A DNA stretch of 64,000 nt, taken from positions 14,641 through 78,640 of the forward strand of contig JABMRF010000018.1 of the NCBI GenBank assembly GCA_013202715.1, read 5' to 3'. The position numbers and the translations under genes were made by a program. The notes under the pieces were generated by a model. It was given only the letters and a program-made list of their open reading frames with translations, had not been told where the DNA came from and made no database searches. This document shows, in pieces, positions 44,472 through 54,457 of this stretch (position 1 is its first letter; each line of letters opens with the position of its first letter). The stretch is from Candidatus Kuenenbacteria bacterium (GTDB lineage: Bacteria > Patescibacteriota > Patescibacteriia > UBA11705 > JABHMO01).

Positions 44472-45746
44472 ATGCACAACTTCTGGCTAAAATTTTTCAG
44501 CTTTATTTTTGCAGTAATCTTATTCTGCGCCTGTTTTGCGTTTTTATTTTTTAATCACGCGGACAATCTTGTTAAATTCGCTCCGGTCAATGCAGAAGTT
44601 TATCTGCATTCTAACGCTAAATTTATTGAGAGGATCCCAGAAAAACATTTTGACGTATATTTGAACTGGCTTGAAGAGAAATCTACGCTAACCAAAGATC
44701 AATGGCAAGAGTTTTTTGATAATACAAAAGGCGAGTTTGGCTTATTTACAATCAATGGCCAAGTGTTTGGAATGGTAAGGAAAGATGACAAAACACTAAA
44801 ACGGTTCCGAAAAGGAACAATTGCCTTTGCTGAAAATGAAAATGCGATCTACTTTCCACCACTCAAACTGTCGGAATCGTATTTGACTGAAACCGATTGG
44901 TATAACGGGGCCAGAAAAAGAATTAATTTTTCTAAATTTACTATATACTCCAAAAATTTTTCGTATTTGAATTTTCCTGTAACCTCAATCACGGCCGATT
45001 CTCAAAAACCGATCGTCATATTTGGTGATAATAAAGAAGAACAACTTAAGTTAACAATATTTGGACTTAACAACCCAAAAACCAAAAACTTTTCTAAACA
45101 AAACATAACATTGTTGTCAGAAGGTACCAACTTTTATGGAAAAAATGTTCTGGCAGATAATATTGCACAGAAAACTGAATATATACCGGAAAACTTTAAC
45201 TTTAATCTACTATCAATAATCAATGGCCCCGTAGAATTTGAAGAGAATCAGTCTGAATTCACTATATATTTACAAAAAGCTGATAATGACCTGGAAGTTC
45301 TTAAATCAGACATTCTTAATATCATTGCTCAAACTGTCCCTGTTGAAAAAGAAAAGCTTTTACCAGATCATTCTGTTGCGGTTCAATTGATTGCCGATTC
45401 AAGTGCCTGGAATTTTGAAAATAAAAACGTCAAGCGAGACGAAGGCGTCGCGCCTGACGTGCTCGAATTAAATGTCCCAGAGCAAAGAATTAATCTTCAG
45501 CTGACTGAAACAGATCTGCATTATATTATTAAGAATCTTTTCAATACGAAAGAGTCAGGCGCGACGCCTTCGTCTAGCCTGACTTCCCATGATTCGCTTC
45601 AAACAAAGAACATACCTAAAAAATGCAAACTATTTGCCAAGTCCTATTTATATATGAACTTGTCAAACACATCACTTTCTGATTACTTTGCACAGGCTAT
45701 CGTTATAAATAACAATCCGAACAAAACTATTATTTGTATAGACTAG
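44472..45746 (+). CDS. hypothetical membrane-anchored protein (424 aa)
   Basis: N-terminal TM helix and a large extracytoplasmic domain. No motif recognised. Confidence 0.45.
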   Translation: MHNFWLKFFSFIFAVILFCACFAFLFFNHADNLVKFAPVNAEVYLHSNAKFIERIPEKHFDVYLNWLEEKSTLTKDQWQEFFDNTKGEFGLFTINGQVFGMVRKDDKTLKRFRKGTIAFAENENAIYFPPLKLSESYLTETDWYNGARKRINFSKFTIYSKNFSYLNFPVTSITADSQKPIVIFGDNKEEQLKLTIFGLNNPKTKNFSKQNITLLSEGTNFYGKNVLADNIAQKTEYIPENFNFNLLSIINGPVEFEENQSEFTIYLQKADNDLEVLKSDILNIIAQTVPVEKEKLLPDHSVAVQLIADSSAWNFENKNVKRDEGVAPDVLELNVPEQRINLQLTETDLHYIIKNLFNTKESGATPSSSLTSHDSLQTKNIPKKCKLFAKSYLYMNLSNTSLSDYFAQAIVINNNPNKTIICID

Positions 45747-45880
45747 TGTATACAAATATGTGGATAAGTCATAGTTATTCACATAGTTATCCACACCCTT
45801 TGAACACATTTTTTATTCAAAATTTACACAAAAAAACCCGCTTTCTCTCCTAAAATTACTTCAAAAAGACGCCTAACTAT

Positions 45881-45909
45881 TGACGTCTTTTTTTTAACAT
45901 GCTATAATA
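45881..45909 (+). promoter_or_regulatory. promoter TTGACG-17-TATAAT that drives an ORF-poor region
   Basis: Sequence ttgacgtcttttttttaacatgctataat. Confidence 0.4.
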
Positions 45910-46352
45910 TGAATGTAGAAAGATGATCCACGAATTATCGGTCTACAACTATTGTTCATTCGCTCTTTCGTACAACAAAACTCAACTTTTCCAAGTTGAA
46001 TTTGGAAAAATTCACTCTGGGACGAGCTAGTCCCAAAACACATCTCTTTACTCTTCCTTTTCTGTCCCTTTTTCGTCTTTATTGACGCAAAAACAAAAAC
46101 AAAAACAAAATAAAACAAAGTCCAGGGGATCCCAACGCGGCTCTCTCCGAGGAGGGGTGAAACAAAGATGTCCACACAGTCTTAAAAGCAGTGTGCTTTC
46201 GAGGATAACGTCTTCTATCAGTTATCTAAAAAAAGCCCAGCTTTAAAAAGGCATGAGCGCGAGCTCACCATATAATTCATTTCATAGGGTGTACAGGTCG
46301 CGCTCTTTTTTTTGTATAAAAAAACCGGTAGTTGTGACTACCGGGTATTTCG

Positions 46353-46739
46353 CTACCAAACCCTTTTCTTTCTGATCATATGCCAATCATAGAAGACTAC
46401 GAGAGGCCAGATGAACATTCCGACTACATTTGAGCCATACGCGAATGTCGATACGTTGTAATAGACAGAGAGGGGGCCCTGGCCCATCGACTCAGCCACA
46501 ATGACTGCAAACATGAGTAAGGCTGTGATGATCATGGCCCAGAAACTCATGCCTTCACTTCTATACTTCATAACCATTTGCCAGAGAAGCACTGCCGAGG
46601 CTAATTGTGCCACCCAGGCAATTACCTTCACTAACACTGGGGCCTCATATCCGTAACGAACCCTAAACCATACCCGCAAAACTACTACAAGTGCGAAAAA
46701 TATTGCACAAATTTGGCGTTTAGTCATTTTGTTCTCCAA
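46353..46739 (-). CDS. membrane protein (four TM helices), hypothetical
   Basis: Third gene of an overlapping three-gene minus-strand operon. Terminator follows it at rc 46318-46352. Confidence 0.45.
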   Translation of the reverse strand: MENKMTKRQICAIFFALVVVLRVWFRVRYGYEAPVLVKVIAWVAQLASAVLLWQMVMKYRSEGMSFWAMIITALLMFAVIVAESMGQGPLSVYYNVSTFAYGSNVVGMFIWPLVVFYDWHMIRKKRVW

Positions 46740-47067
46740 CTGCCTTAACTCGCTCTCCGCTCTCTCCTGTTTTTATTCCGGCAAACTCAAGTATTTTTTC
46801 AAGTGCCGATTGTCTCAATTTCGTAGCCTCTTCATTGTTTCCGCAAAGCTCAGACTTGCATGCCCTTTCGGTTAAACTCTTGATTTCTCGCTCCAAGAGC
46901 TTCGCTTTCCAGGGAAGCCTACTAAACTCAAGTTCCTTTTTCCTGATTTCCTTTTCGAACCTGGAATGGACCCAAACAAAATAAAGAATATTGAATCCGG
47001 GTGTCATCGCGATAACGAACTCCAGCCAATTCAATCGCATCTTTTTCATTTTTTCCGCCTCCGCCAC
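46720..47067 (-). CDS. hypothetical protein with an N-terminal TM helix
   Basis: Overlaps both of its neighbours in the operon. Confidence 0.4.
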   Translation of the reverse strand: MAEAEKMKKMRLNWLEFVIAMTPGFNILYFVWVHSRFEKEIRKKELEFSRLPWKAKLLEREIKSLTERACKSELCGNNEEATKLRQSALEKILEFAGIKTGESGERVKAVGEQND

Positions 47068-47303
47068 TCGTCACTGCCAGTTGTTTTATCAACATCTTTT
47101 CGAATTTCATTGGCAGATGCCCAGGCATCCCTGTTCATTTCATCAGTTCTCTCGATTAAATCCTCAACGTGCCCAAACTGCCTTTGATCGTGAGCATGTC
47201 GCTTTTGGAGTTCTTTCTTAACTTTATTGGCCCAGATCTTTGTCGCAACTACCAAACGAAAACGTACCGCAGCGGTTTTCAACTTTTGTCTAAAGTTTGC
47301 CAT
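47046..47303 (-). CDS. hypothetical basic protein (85 aa)
   Basis: First gene of the operon. Promoter TTGACA-17-TATTAT at rc 47340-47385. Confidence 0.4.
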   Translation of the reverse strand: MANFRQKLKTAAVRFRLVVATKIWANKVKKELQKRHAHDQRQFGHVEDLIERTDEMNRDAWASANEIRKDVDKTTGSDEWRRRKK

Positions 47304-47469
47304 TTATTTCTCCCCAAACTTGTCTAAATTTATGTTAAAGACCGATAAAACATAATATAGCATAAATCAATTTTTGTCAATAGTTACAAAAAACTGTACA
47401 ATTAAGGGGAAGTTGACTAGTTGATTGGTTAATTAGTTAATTGAATTAATTAAGTTAATTTTTTTTCTT

Positions 47470-48444
47470 GTGAAATTATATACACCGGTTCTAATAATTT
47501 GCGTGCTGATGCTCATGATTCTTACCTTTCCGGTTGTCGCCTATTCTCTGAAAGTCAGCTTTAGCTCGCAAGCACCGTTTTTTCACTGGACTCAGCCGTG
47601 GCAAGACGCGTGCGAAGAAACTTCCATTATTATGGTTGATTCTTTTTATAATCAAAAGCACCTTGACAAAGATGCTGCTAAAAAACAAATCCTAAATACT
47701 CTCAAAATTAAAGAACTGTATTTTGGGGAGAGTCTGGACGAAAACGCAAGCAAGGTTACTGAATTAATAAATAATTTTTTCTATTGGGAGGCAAAGGTTG
47801 TTCACAATGCCAGCGTTGAGCAAATAAAAAATGAACTTGATTACGGTCGCCCTGTAATTCTACCCGCCCACGCCAAGTCATTAAAAAATAAATACTTTTT
47901 AAGTAGCGGGGCAGATTATCACATGCTGGTTATTTCAGGATATGATGAAAATACACGAGAATTTATTACTCAAGACCCCGGTACAATGTACGGCAAAGAT
48001 TATCATTATTCATATGAAACAATAATTAACGCCATGCACGACTTTGTACCAAACAACAAAACAATTACCGGACAAAAGGTGGCCGTATTTACCAGTCCAA
48101 AAATTAATTTATCCGCAACGGTTGACGCTGACCACGACGGGCTCTATAAATCAGACGAAATTAAACATCAGACAAGTTTGTTCAAAAGCGATACGGACAA
48201 TGACGGGTATTCTGACTACGAGGAAGTTCAAAACGGTTATTCGCCGGTAGTTAACGAGAGCAAATTAAAAAATAACGCCTTAATCCGATCTGCAATTGAC
48301 AACAAAGTCTACTTTATTGAAAATAATACCAAGCGATATATAATTAGTCCGTCAGCTCTTGAAAAATATTGGCAATGGGGACAGATTACAACCGTTAGTG
48401 AAAAATTTATTAATCAACTAATTAACGGAGCTGAAATTAAATAA
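47470..48444 (+). CDS. secreted protein with a peptidase-C39-like domain and Ca-binding DxDxDG-type repeats
   Basis: Signal peptide or TM helix. DACEETSIIMV resembles the catalytic Cys region of Peptidase_C39_2. The C-terminal DADHDGLYKSDE...DTDNDGYSDYEE resembles thrombospondin-type-3 repeats. Confidence 0.4.
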   Translation: MKLYTPVLIICVLMLMILTFPVVAYSLKVSFSSQAPFFHWTQPWQDACEETSIIMVDSFYNQKHLDKDAAKKQILNTLKIKELYFGESLDENASKVTELINNFFYWEAKVVHNASVEQIKNELDYGRPVILPAHAKSLKNKYFLSSGADYHMLVISGYDENTREFITQDPGTMYGKDYHYSYETIINAMHDFVPNNKTITGQKVAVFTSPKINLSATVDADHDGLYKSDEIKHQTSLFKSDTDNDGYSDYEEVQNGYSPVVNESKLKNNALIRSAIDNKVYFIENNTKRYIISPSALEKYWQWGQITTVSEKFINQLINGAEIK

Positions 48445-48546
48445 TCTAAAAACTCCAATACTTGATTTCACATAATATACTGACTAACTTATTCCGCCAT
48501 ATTTCGCCTTATTCAGTATATCAATACAATCAGTAATCATTTCTTT

Positions 48547-48930
48547 ATGACTCAACTAAACGCTATCTACAAATGTAATGTTTGCGGCAACATCGTTGCC
48601 ATGGTTCATGGCGCACAAGGTATACTTGTTTGTTGCGGACAAAACATGGAATTAAAACTAGAAAATACTGAAGATGCAGCAGAGGAAAAGCATGTTCCAG
48701 TTGTTGAAAAAACTGACAAGGGCCTGAAAGTTAAAATAGGAGAGGTTCCTCATCCAATGGAAGCCGAACATTATATTGAATGGATTGAAGTTTTGGCTAA
48801 TGGAAAATCATACCGACAATTCTTGAATCCAGGTGAAGCGCCGGAAGCTGAATTTTGTATCGAAGCTGAAAAGTTTGAAGTGAGAGAGTATTGTAATCTA
48901 CATGGACTCTGGAGGGCTACTAATTACTAA
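48547..48930 (+). CDS. dfx: desulfoferrodoxin (2Fe superoxide reductase)
   Basis: N-terminal desulforedoxin motif CNVCGNIV...CCG. C-terminal neelaredoxin ligands are present (..H.PV....H....EH.I.WI...........C..H). Confidence 0.85.
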   Translation: MTQLNAIYKCNVCGNIVAMVHGAQGILVCCGQNMELKLENTEDAAEEKHVPVVEKTDKGLKVKIGEVPHPMEAEHYIEWIEVLANGKSYRQFLNPGEAPEAEFCIEAEKFEVREYCNLHGLWRATNY

Positions 48931-48959
48931 TCTGCTACGAATCTACTAATTGCTACTAA

Positions 48960-48995
48960 TGAAAAGTCCGCTCCGGTTTAGGAGCGGGCTTTGTT
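48960..48995 (+). terminator. dfx terminator
   Basis: Sequence aaaagtccgctccggtttaggagcgggctttgtt. Confidence 0.6.
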
Positions 48996-49061
48996 ATTGT
49001 GATCACCTTGAAATTTTTGAATCTGTCCAAACTACAGGACGGTGATAAATCAGAGATGACC

Positions 49062-50279
49062 TTACTCGAGGTCCTTAATGAAATCAATAAGCGCTGTTTC
49101 AAACTCCGTATCCTGAATTCGGATATCACAGAGTTCGGCGAAAACAAGTGAATCCTTGTATGGCTCCCATCCGCCAGGGATTATCATCCCGGCCCCATTG
49201 AGGTACGCGTCCCACAAAAAGCTTGAAGCTCGGTCATAGTCATTATTTGCGCACGGATTCCCTGCAGATACGGCCCAACCAATACCTTTATTATGGTGGT
49301 AAACTTCTTTATAATTGTGGCACTGGAACCACTGACCTTCACCGTACTTATAAACGGCTACTCCAGCGTTACTCTTGTTCGCCACCACAGCATCCCAAGT
49401 ACTGCCAGTTTCTACTCTACCCGGCTTCCAGTCGGGTAGTACCTGGTGAGTATAAATCTTTTCTTTTGGAATACCTGCCCACCAGAACCAATAAACTTCA
49501 GACTGCACATAATCAGTAACTACCTGCTGCCTAAATTTTATCCAAAGATCCCAATGGTTGGCTCCTTCTCTCCTAGGAGGTCCGAAACCATATTGCTCTT
49601 GAAAAGCTTCTACCATACCAGGTTCGTATCCTGCTAAGCCATTTTCATTCTTACGAGGGAAAGAACTTTCCGCGCTGGTAGTTATGCCCGCGAAAAGATC
49701 CGGGTACTCATCATTGAACTGACTCAGGAGGATTGCTACCTCGCGAATATTTCTTTCTCTGTAATACCAGACTTGTTCGGTATATGGAGAAAGAGAGAGG
49801 AAAGTAAAATCCTCATAACCGTCTCCCAAATCGGAAGAAACTGTGTCGTCTGCGTACCACATCACGTTTTCTGGAGATTGTTTAAGATAGTCCAGAAGAT
49901 CGCCACCACCCCTGCCACTACCAGACTGTGTAGCCAATAAAATAATAGCAAAGGGCGTGTTCGTTTCCACGGACAGCTGAAATATTTTATTCAACCTCTC
50001 AGGATTTAACCGATAATCCTTTTCATACCCGTAAGCATCCTCTGCTATTGGCCGAATCATTTCAGTGAAACCAACCCTAATGTTTTCTCCACCAACACCA
50101 AAGGTCTGCTTGAACTCCTTCATACTTTGCAAGTTCTCTTCGTGGCTTCTGTCTACCGCGTTGTCAAACCCGATAAAGACACCAAAATTGGGATCCGTAA
50201 TATTGAGGTTGTCGCAATTTTCATTACAACCTGCCCCAATTAACACTAAAACAATCAAGATCATCCGGTAATAATTCAT
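49062..50279 (-). CDS. lipoprotein, hypothetical (higher GC; looks like inserted cargo)
   Basis: Signal peptide plus lipobox LIGAGC. Promoter TTGACA-17-TATACT at rc 50330-50375. 405 aa. Confidence 0.55.
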   Translation of the reverse strand: MNYYRMILIVLVLIGAGCNENCDNLNITDPNFGVFIGFDNAVDRSHEENLQSMKEFKQTFGVGGENIRVGFTEMIRPIAEDAYGYEKDYRLNPERLNKIFQLSVETNTPFAIILLATQSGSGRGGGDLLDYLKQSPENVMWYADDTVSSDLGDGYEDFTFLSLSPYTEQVWYYRERNIREVAILLSQFNDEYPDLFAGITTSAESSFPRKNENGLAGYEPGMVEAFQEQYGFGPPRREGANHWDLWIKFRQQVVTDYVQSEVYWFWWAGIPKEKIYTHQVLPDWKPGRVETGSTWDAVVANKSNAGVAVYKYGEGQWFQCHNYKEVYHHNKGIGWAVSAGNPCANNDYDRASSFLWDAYLNGAGMIIPGGWEPYKDSLVFAELCDIRIQDTEFETALIDFIKDLE

Positions 50280-50389
50280 TTGTAACCTCCCAAGGTTTAC
50301 ATTTTATTGTCAAAACACATACATCATCAGAATCTTACTGATAATATAGTATAGCTTAAATTTATCTTTTTGTCAATAGTTGTGGTATT

Positions 50390-50455
50390 GAAGCTGAAAA
50401 ATCTGAAGTGCGGGAGTATTGCAATCTACACGGACTTTGGAAAAGGAAAAGTTAA
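50390..50455 (+). pseudogene. truncated duplicate of the dfx 3' end (encodes ..[21 protein letters not shown])
   Basis: About 80% nucleotide identity to 48862-48930. A duplicate of the dfx terminator hairpin follows it at 50490-50525. Confidence 0.7.
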
Positions 50456-50489
50456 TTTAGTTGATTAAGAGATTAAGCGAATTTTAAAA

Positions 50490-50525
50490 ATTAAAAAAAC
50501 CGCTCCTGTTTAGGAGCGGACTGCC
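50490..50525 (+). terminator. duplicate copy of the dfx terminator
   Basis: Sequence aaaaaaaccgctcctgtttaggagcggactg. Confidence 0.6.
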
Positions 50526-50563
50526 TGCCGAAGCTCAGTAGAGCGAAGGCAGGTCTTTGGTTT

Positions 50564-51502
50564 CTATCTACCGCCCTTGAAGACAATAGACCCGAGCAAT
50601 GCATGCATACAAGCAGTCATTTCGGAGATCACAGTTGAAGTCTGACCAAAATCAAAATTGACAAAATCGCAGAGCATGACAATCTTCCTGTACGCAGGAT
50701 TGAGTTCTTTCCGCTCAGCGTCTATTGGCAATAAAATGTCTCTGATCTCATTTTCATCGAATAACGTTAAATCTTCTCTGGTCTCTGAGTCTCCCAAATC
50801 ACTCCACTCAGGAATGTAGAAATCGTATTCTCTGTGAGTACTTAAGGTTCTCGCCTGACTGAGCAACGACTTATACAAAAAGGGAATGGCATTGTGACAC
50901 CACCTTCGGTACAAGGTAAGCAGTTCATACTGCCTACTAACCACCAGAGATTCCATGAGCTGAACTTCGTCCAGTCGCGTCTGTGCCGGGAGAGAAGACC
51001 ACTCTTTTCTGCCAGGCTTGCTATTTCTATGTTGTCTAAGCAATTCACCAAAGATAGCTTTTACCTTTTTCTGATATCTCTTATTCTGGGGATACCAGGA
51101 ATGACGTAAACTCTTCTGCCAAAACTTCACTAAGGCTATCATGAAAACATGCCCAATGGAATAAGGGTTGTCTTCATTTGGTACCAGAAAACGAATTAAT
51201 ACTTGTCTGGCTTCTTCTCTCAAAGAATCAAACGGCTCACTGATATCAACTTCATCACCAATTTCCATCAAAAATTGAGTCACTTGCATTTTAAACGAAT
51301 CTTTCGTCAAACCAAAATTCAAAACTGCCTGCAAAATACCTCTGGCAGTTTCCCACGAGCCTTCCTCGTACTCTCGTCTCCAGGAAGCTAGCTCAAAATC
51401 CCTTCTCTCTTTCATGACGACCTCCACCTTTTGGCTGTCCAGTTTTTTGGACAACAGGAGTGAAAAGAGCTGCCGGCCGGGACCTTCCCGAACGACACTC
51501 AA
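50564..51502 (-). CDS. hypothetical protein, tandem paralog A
   Basis: Shares ETARGILQAVLNFG and QVLIRFLVPNE blocks with 51593..52474. Confidence 0.5.
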   Translation of the reverse strand: MSVVREGPGRQLFSLLLSKKLDSQKVEVVMKERRDFELASWRREYEEGSWETARGILQAVLNFGLTKDSFKMQVTQFLMEIGDEVDISEPFDSLREEARQVLIRFLVPNEDNPYSIGHVFMIALVKFWQKSLRHSWYPQNKRYQKKVKAIFGELLRQHRNSKPGRKEWSSLPAQTRLDEVQLMESLVVSRQYELLTLYRRWCHNAIPFLYKSLLSQARTLSTHREYDFYIPEWSDLGDSETREDLTLFDENEIRDILLPIDAERKELNPAYRKIVMLCDFVNFDFGQTSTVISEMTACMHALLGSIVFKGGR

Positions 51503-51542
51503 TCTTATAGCACAATCCTTACTTTGTCAAACCAGTTTTTCG

Positions 51543-51580
51543 GACAAAAAAACCGCCTCGACATTGTCGAGAGGCGGGTT
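51543..51580. terminator. terminator between the two paralogs
   Basis: Sequence aaaaaaccgcctcgacattgtcgagaggcgggtttgtg. Confidence 0.55.
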
Positions 51581-51592
51581 TGTGTTATTCAA

Positions 51593-52474
51593 CTATGCAC
51601 TTGCGACAATTGTTCCGAGAAGAGCAAAAATACAAGCTACCAATGGCTCCTTGCCAGATGAAACCATAGATCTGTTTGGTCGATCGTAAGAATTTGCCCA
51701 ATCACAAAGTGTAATCATCTGTTTATAGGCCGGCAAGAAAAACGCTCTGCCTGAATCATACTCGAGCAATAAGCTTTTAATCTCGTCTTCATCAAAAAGC
51801 GAACTTGAATAATCAATCAATAACTCTAAGTGCCACTTTTCGATAACACATTTCGAGCTACTAAATTTCCCACAAAAAGAAGACCAAGTGCTTTCAGACA
51901 ATCGATGATACAGAAAAGGAAGCGCCTTCAAACAAAACACACGGGCCACCATCAATAATGCAAATTGATCTGCATTTACGAGGGCTCTCATAAACTCTAC
52001 TTCTTCTTCGACAGAGGTCCAAATAGGCTTCTGGTCAGTTTCTTTTTTATAACTTTTATGCTGGCTCATCATTGACTGACATACTGCCTTTACTTTTTCT
52101 TGATAATTTTTACGTCCATAATGGCTGTGTCTCTCGTGCCGAGCCCAGAACTTAATCAACTTTTTCAATAAAAACTGGCTCACCAAAAACATTTCTTTTT
52201 CATTTGGCACAACAAATCGAATCAAGACTTCTCTGGCTTCTTGCCTTAGAGATTCGATAGGTTCACTGATGTTCACTTCATCACCAATGATCAGCAGACG
52301 ATCAACAATCAGATGCCGTTGCCCGCCATACTTACCGTGAAATGGATGATCTTTCCCAATATTCAAGACAGCTTGCAGAATTCCGCGCGCCGCTTCAGGT
52401 GGACTACGATCGTAATCCCTTATCCACCCAGGAACTGTCAAGTTTTCCCTTCTACTCATAATTCCCTCCAACAT
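51593..52474 (-). CDS. hypothetical protein, tandem paralog B
   Basis: Contains EAARGILQAVLNIG and EVLIRFVVPNE. Confidence 0.5.
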   Translation of the reverse strand: MLEGIMSRRENLTVPGWIRDYDRSPPEAARGILQAVLNIGKDHPFHGKYGGQRHLIVDRLLIIGDEVNISEPIESLRQEAREVLIRFVVPNEKEMFLVSQFLLKKLIKFWARHERHSHYGRKNYQEKVKAVCQSMMSQHKSYKKETDQKPIWTSVEEEVEFMRALVNADQFALLMVARVFCLKALPFLYHRLSESTWSSFCGKFSSSKCVIEKWHLELLIDYSSSLFDEDEIKSLLLEYDSGRAFFLPAYKQMITLCDWANSYDRPNRSMVSSGKEPLVACIFALLGTIVASA

Positions 52475-52675
52475 TGGGCTACTCAGTTTATCGAGTAGCA
52501 GGAGTCAAGGAACACATCACCAGAACCTTACTGGTGATATTTAAATTTACCTAACTTTGACTGTTTTGTCAATCTTGCCCCTCGCGTGGTTGACAAAATA
52601 GTTATAATATATAATAATAGTGAAGACATATTTGCCCATTTGATTTATCCTTTCAAATGAGCTACAATTAACCAT

Positions 52676-53044
52676 ATGAAAAAGAAAGAACTAGAAGCAA
52701 TAAAAAACAAACTGCAGGAAGAAAAAGCCAATCTTGAAGCAGAATTGAATAAATTTGCCAAACAAAATCCTCATAATCCAGAAGATTACAAAGCGCAGTT
52801 TGAGGACCTTGGTGATGACGAAACAGAGAACGCCTCTGAAGTTGTTAAATTTGGTTTAAATTTGACCCTGGAAAAAACTTTGGAAAAATCTTTGCGTGAC
52901 GTGAACAAAGCATTGGATCGAATAACAAAAAAAGATTTCGGTATTTGTAAATATTGCAGTCAAGAAATTAACGCCAAAAGATTACTGGCCAGACCAACAT
53001 CAGGTGCGTGTATTACTTGTAAAACAAGATTAAAATCGCTTTAG
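52676..53044 (+). CDS. DksA/TraR-family C4 zinc-finger protein
   Basis: N-terminal coiled coil. C-terminus carries C-x2-C-x17-C-x2-C (CKYCSQEI...CITCKT). Confidence 0.65.
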   Translation: MKKKELEAIKNKLQEEKANLEAELNKFAKQNPHNPEDYKAQFEDLGDDETENASEVVKFGLNLTLEKTLEKSLRDVNKALDRITKKDFGICKYCSQEINAKRLLARPTSGACITCKTRLKSL

Positions 53045-53074
53045 TCTAGAATCTCGAGTCAAAAGTCAATAGTT

Positions 53075-53542
53075 ATGAAATATATCTTAACAACTTTCGC
53101 GATTTTAACCGGTACCGTAATCATTGTTCTTGATCAATTAACAAAATTTATTATCAAACAAAAAGTCCCCGGACAAGGGATTTTTGTTGTTAATGGAACT
53201 TTTCTTCAAATAAAACTTGAACAACTGGAAAATAAATTTATCGCCTTTGGGTTAGCTATTCCAGAAACTTTAATCTACCTGTTTTTGACCATAATTGTTT
53301 TAGCTCTATTGTATTTGTTATATAAGTCGATTCATGAAAAACATCTTAGCTGGACAATTGTTTTATCAATAATCCTCGGTGGCGCTGTTTCAAACATAAT
53401 CGATCGAATCTGGCACGGCGCTGTTCTGGACTTTTTCTCAATTTCATTTTATAATTTCACCTGGCCAAGTTTCAATCTGGCCGACGTAGCAATTGTAGTT
53501 GCAGTTATTATTTTAATAATTAAAGAACTAAAAAAAAGTTAA
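53075..53542 (+). CDS. lspA: lipoprotein signal peptidase (signal peptidase II)
   Basis: Four TM helices. Contains ..VLDQLTK.. and the catalytic-Asp region FNLADVAIVV. Confidence 0.8.
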   Translation: MKYILTTFAILTGTVIIVLDQLTKFIIKQKVPGQGIFVVNGTFLQIKLEQLENKFIAFGLAIPETLIYLFLTIIVLALLYLLYKSIHEKHLSWTIVLSIILGGAVSNIIDRIWHGAVLDFFSISFYNFTWPSFNLADVAIVVAVIILIIKELKKS

Positions 53543-53621
53543 TTGGTTAATTAGTTGATTAGTTAATTGAGAAAACATCACTTTAGTTAACAAAACAATA
53601 AATAAATTAATAAACCCAAAT

Positions 53622-54152
53622 ATGCAAAAAATAATTTTCTTAATGATCGCCTTCTTGCTTTTAATGCCTTTCATCGGCATTCAGGCAGAAGAAGAAAAAA
53701 CAGCACAAACAATTGACGTTTACATTTTTACTCAAACCGGCTGTCAATATTGCGCCAAAGCCAAGGAACTTCTAGAAACTCTACAAGAAACCGAATATCC
53801 TGAAATAAAAGTCCATGAGTTCGACATGAAAGCCAACCCAAAATATGTAAAAAAATTCGATGAGTTCAATACCGCTTATGATATTTCTCCGTCCGGTGTT
53901 CCAGTTACCTTTATCGGAAACAAATCTGTGCAGGGTTGGAAAGAAAACGAACTTCGGCAATTGATTGAATTTTATCATCTACCAACCAACGAGTATCCAA
54001 ACCCACAGCAAATTGTTGACGACTTTCTAAAAGAAAATCCGGACAAAGCACCGGCCGACGCACCAAGGTCACCGAAAGAAACTCTTGGATGGGTTGTACT
54101 CGGAGTCATCGTTGTTGGTGGCGGGATCTTCATTATCAATAAAGCATTTTAA
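53622..54152 (+). CDS. secreted thioredoxin-fold protein (glutaredoxin/DsbA-like) with C-terminal TM anchor
   Basis: Signal peptide. Active site TQTGCQYCAKAKELL is a CxxC motif. Hydrophobic tail at the C-terminus. Confidence 0.55.
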   Translation: MQKIIFLMIAFLLLMPFIGIQAEEEKTAQTIDVYIFTQTGCQYCAKAKELLETLQETEYPEIKVHEFDMKANPKYVKKFDEFNTAYDISPSGVPVTFIGNKSVQGWKENELRQLIEFYHLPTNEYPNPQQIVDDFLKENPDKAPADAPRSPKETLGWVVLGVIVVGGGIFIINKAF

Positions 54153-54157
54153 CTTTT

Positions 54158-54195
54158 TCAAAATAAAAGCCACCCCAATGTTTCGGGGTGGTTTT
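54158..54195 (+). terminator. intrinsic terminator
   Basis: Sequence aaaagccaccccaatgtttcggggtggttttt. Confidence 0.6.
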
Positions 54196-54202
54196 TGGTT
54201 TA

Positions 54203-54457
54203 TCAACCACCAGCAACTTCAGTATAATCTTCGGGCGTCCGGTCCCAGTTCGGCATGAAGATCCAGAAGAATAAGTACAAGACCCCCCCTACACCATATC
54301 CAAAGACGGCCGCGAGCCACAGCAGACGAACTGCCCAGGCGGGAACGCCAAAGCAATACGCAAATCCGCCGCAAACTCCGCCAATCCATTTTTCACTTTG
54401 TACTTTTCTCAATTTTCTCTTCATCGAGACCTCCTGTGCCCTTCGAAGCTCTGACAA
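54203..54457 (-). CDS. PspC-domain membrane protein
   Basis: Sequence KWIGGVCGGFAYCFGVPAWAVRLLWL...LYLFFWIFMP has the PspC-domain pattern. Confidence 0.7.
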   Translation of the reverse strand: MSELRRAQEVSMKRKLRKVQSEKWIGGVCGGFAYCFGVPAWAVRLLWLAAVFGYGVGGVLYLFFWIFMPNWDRTPEDYTEVAGG

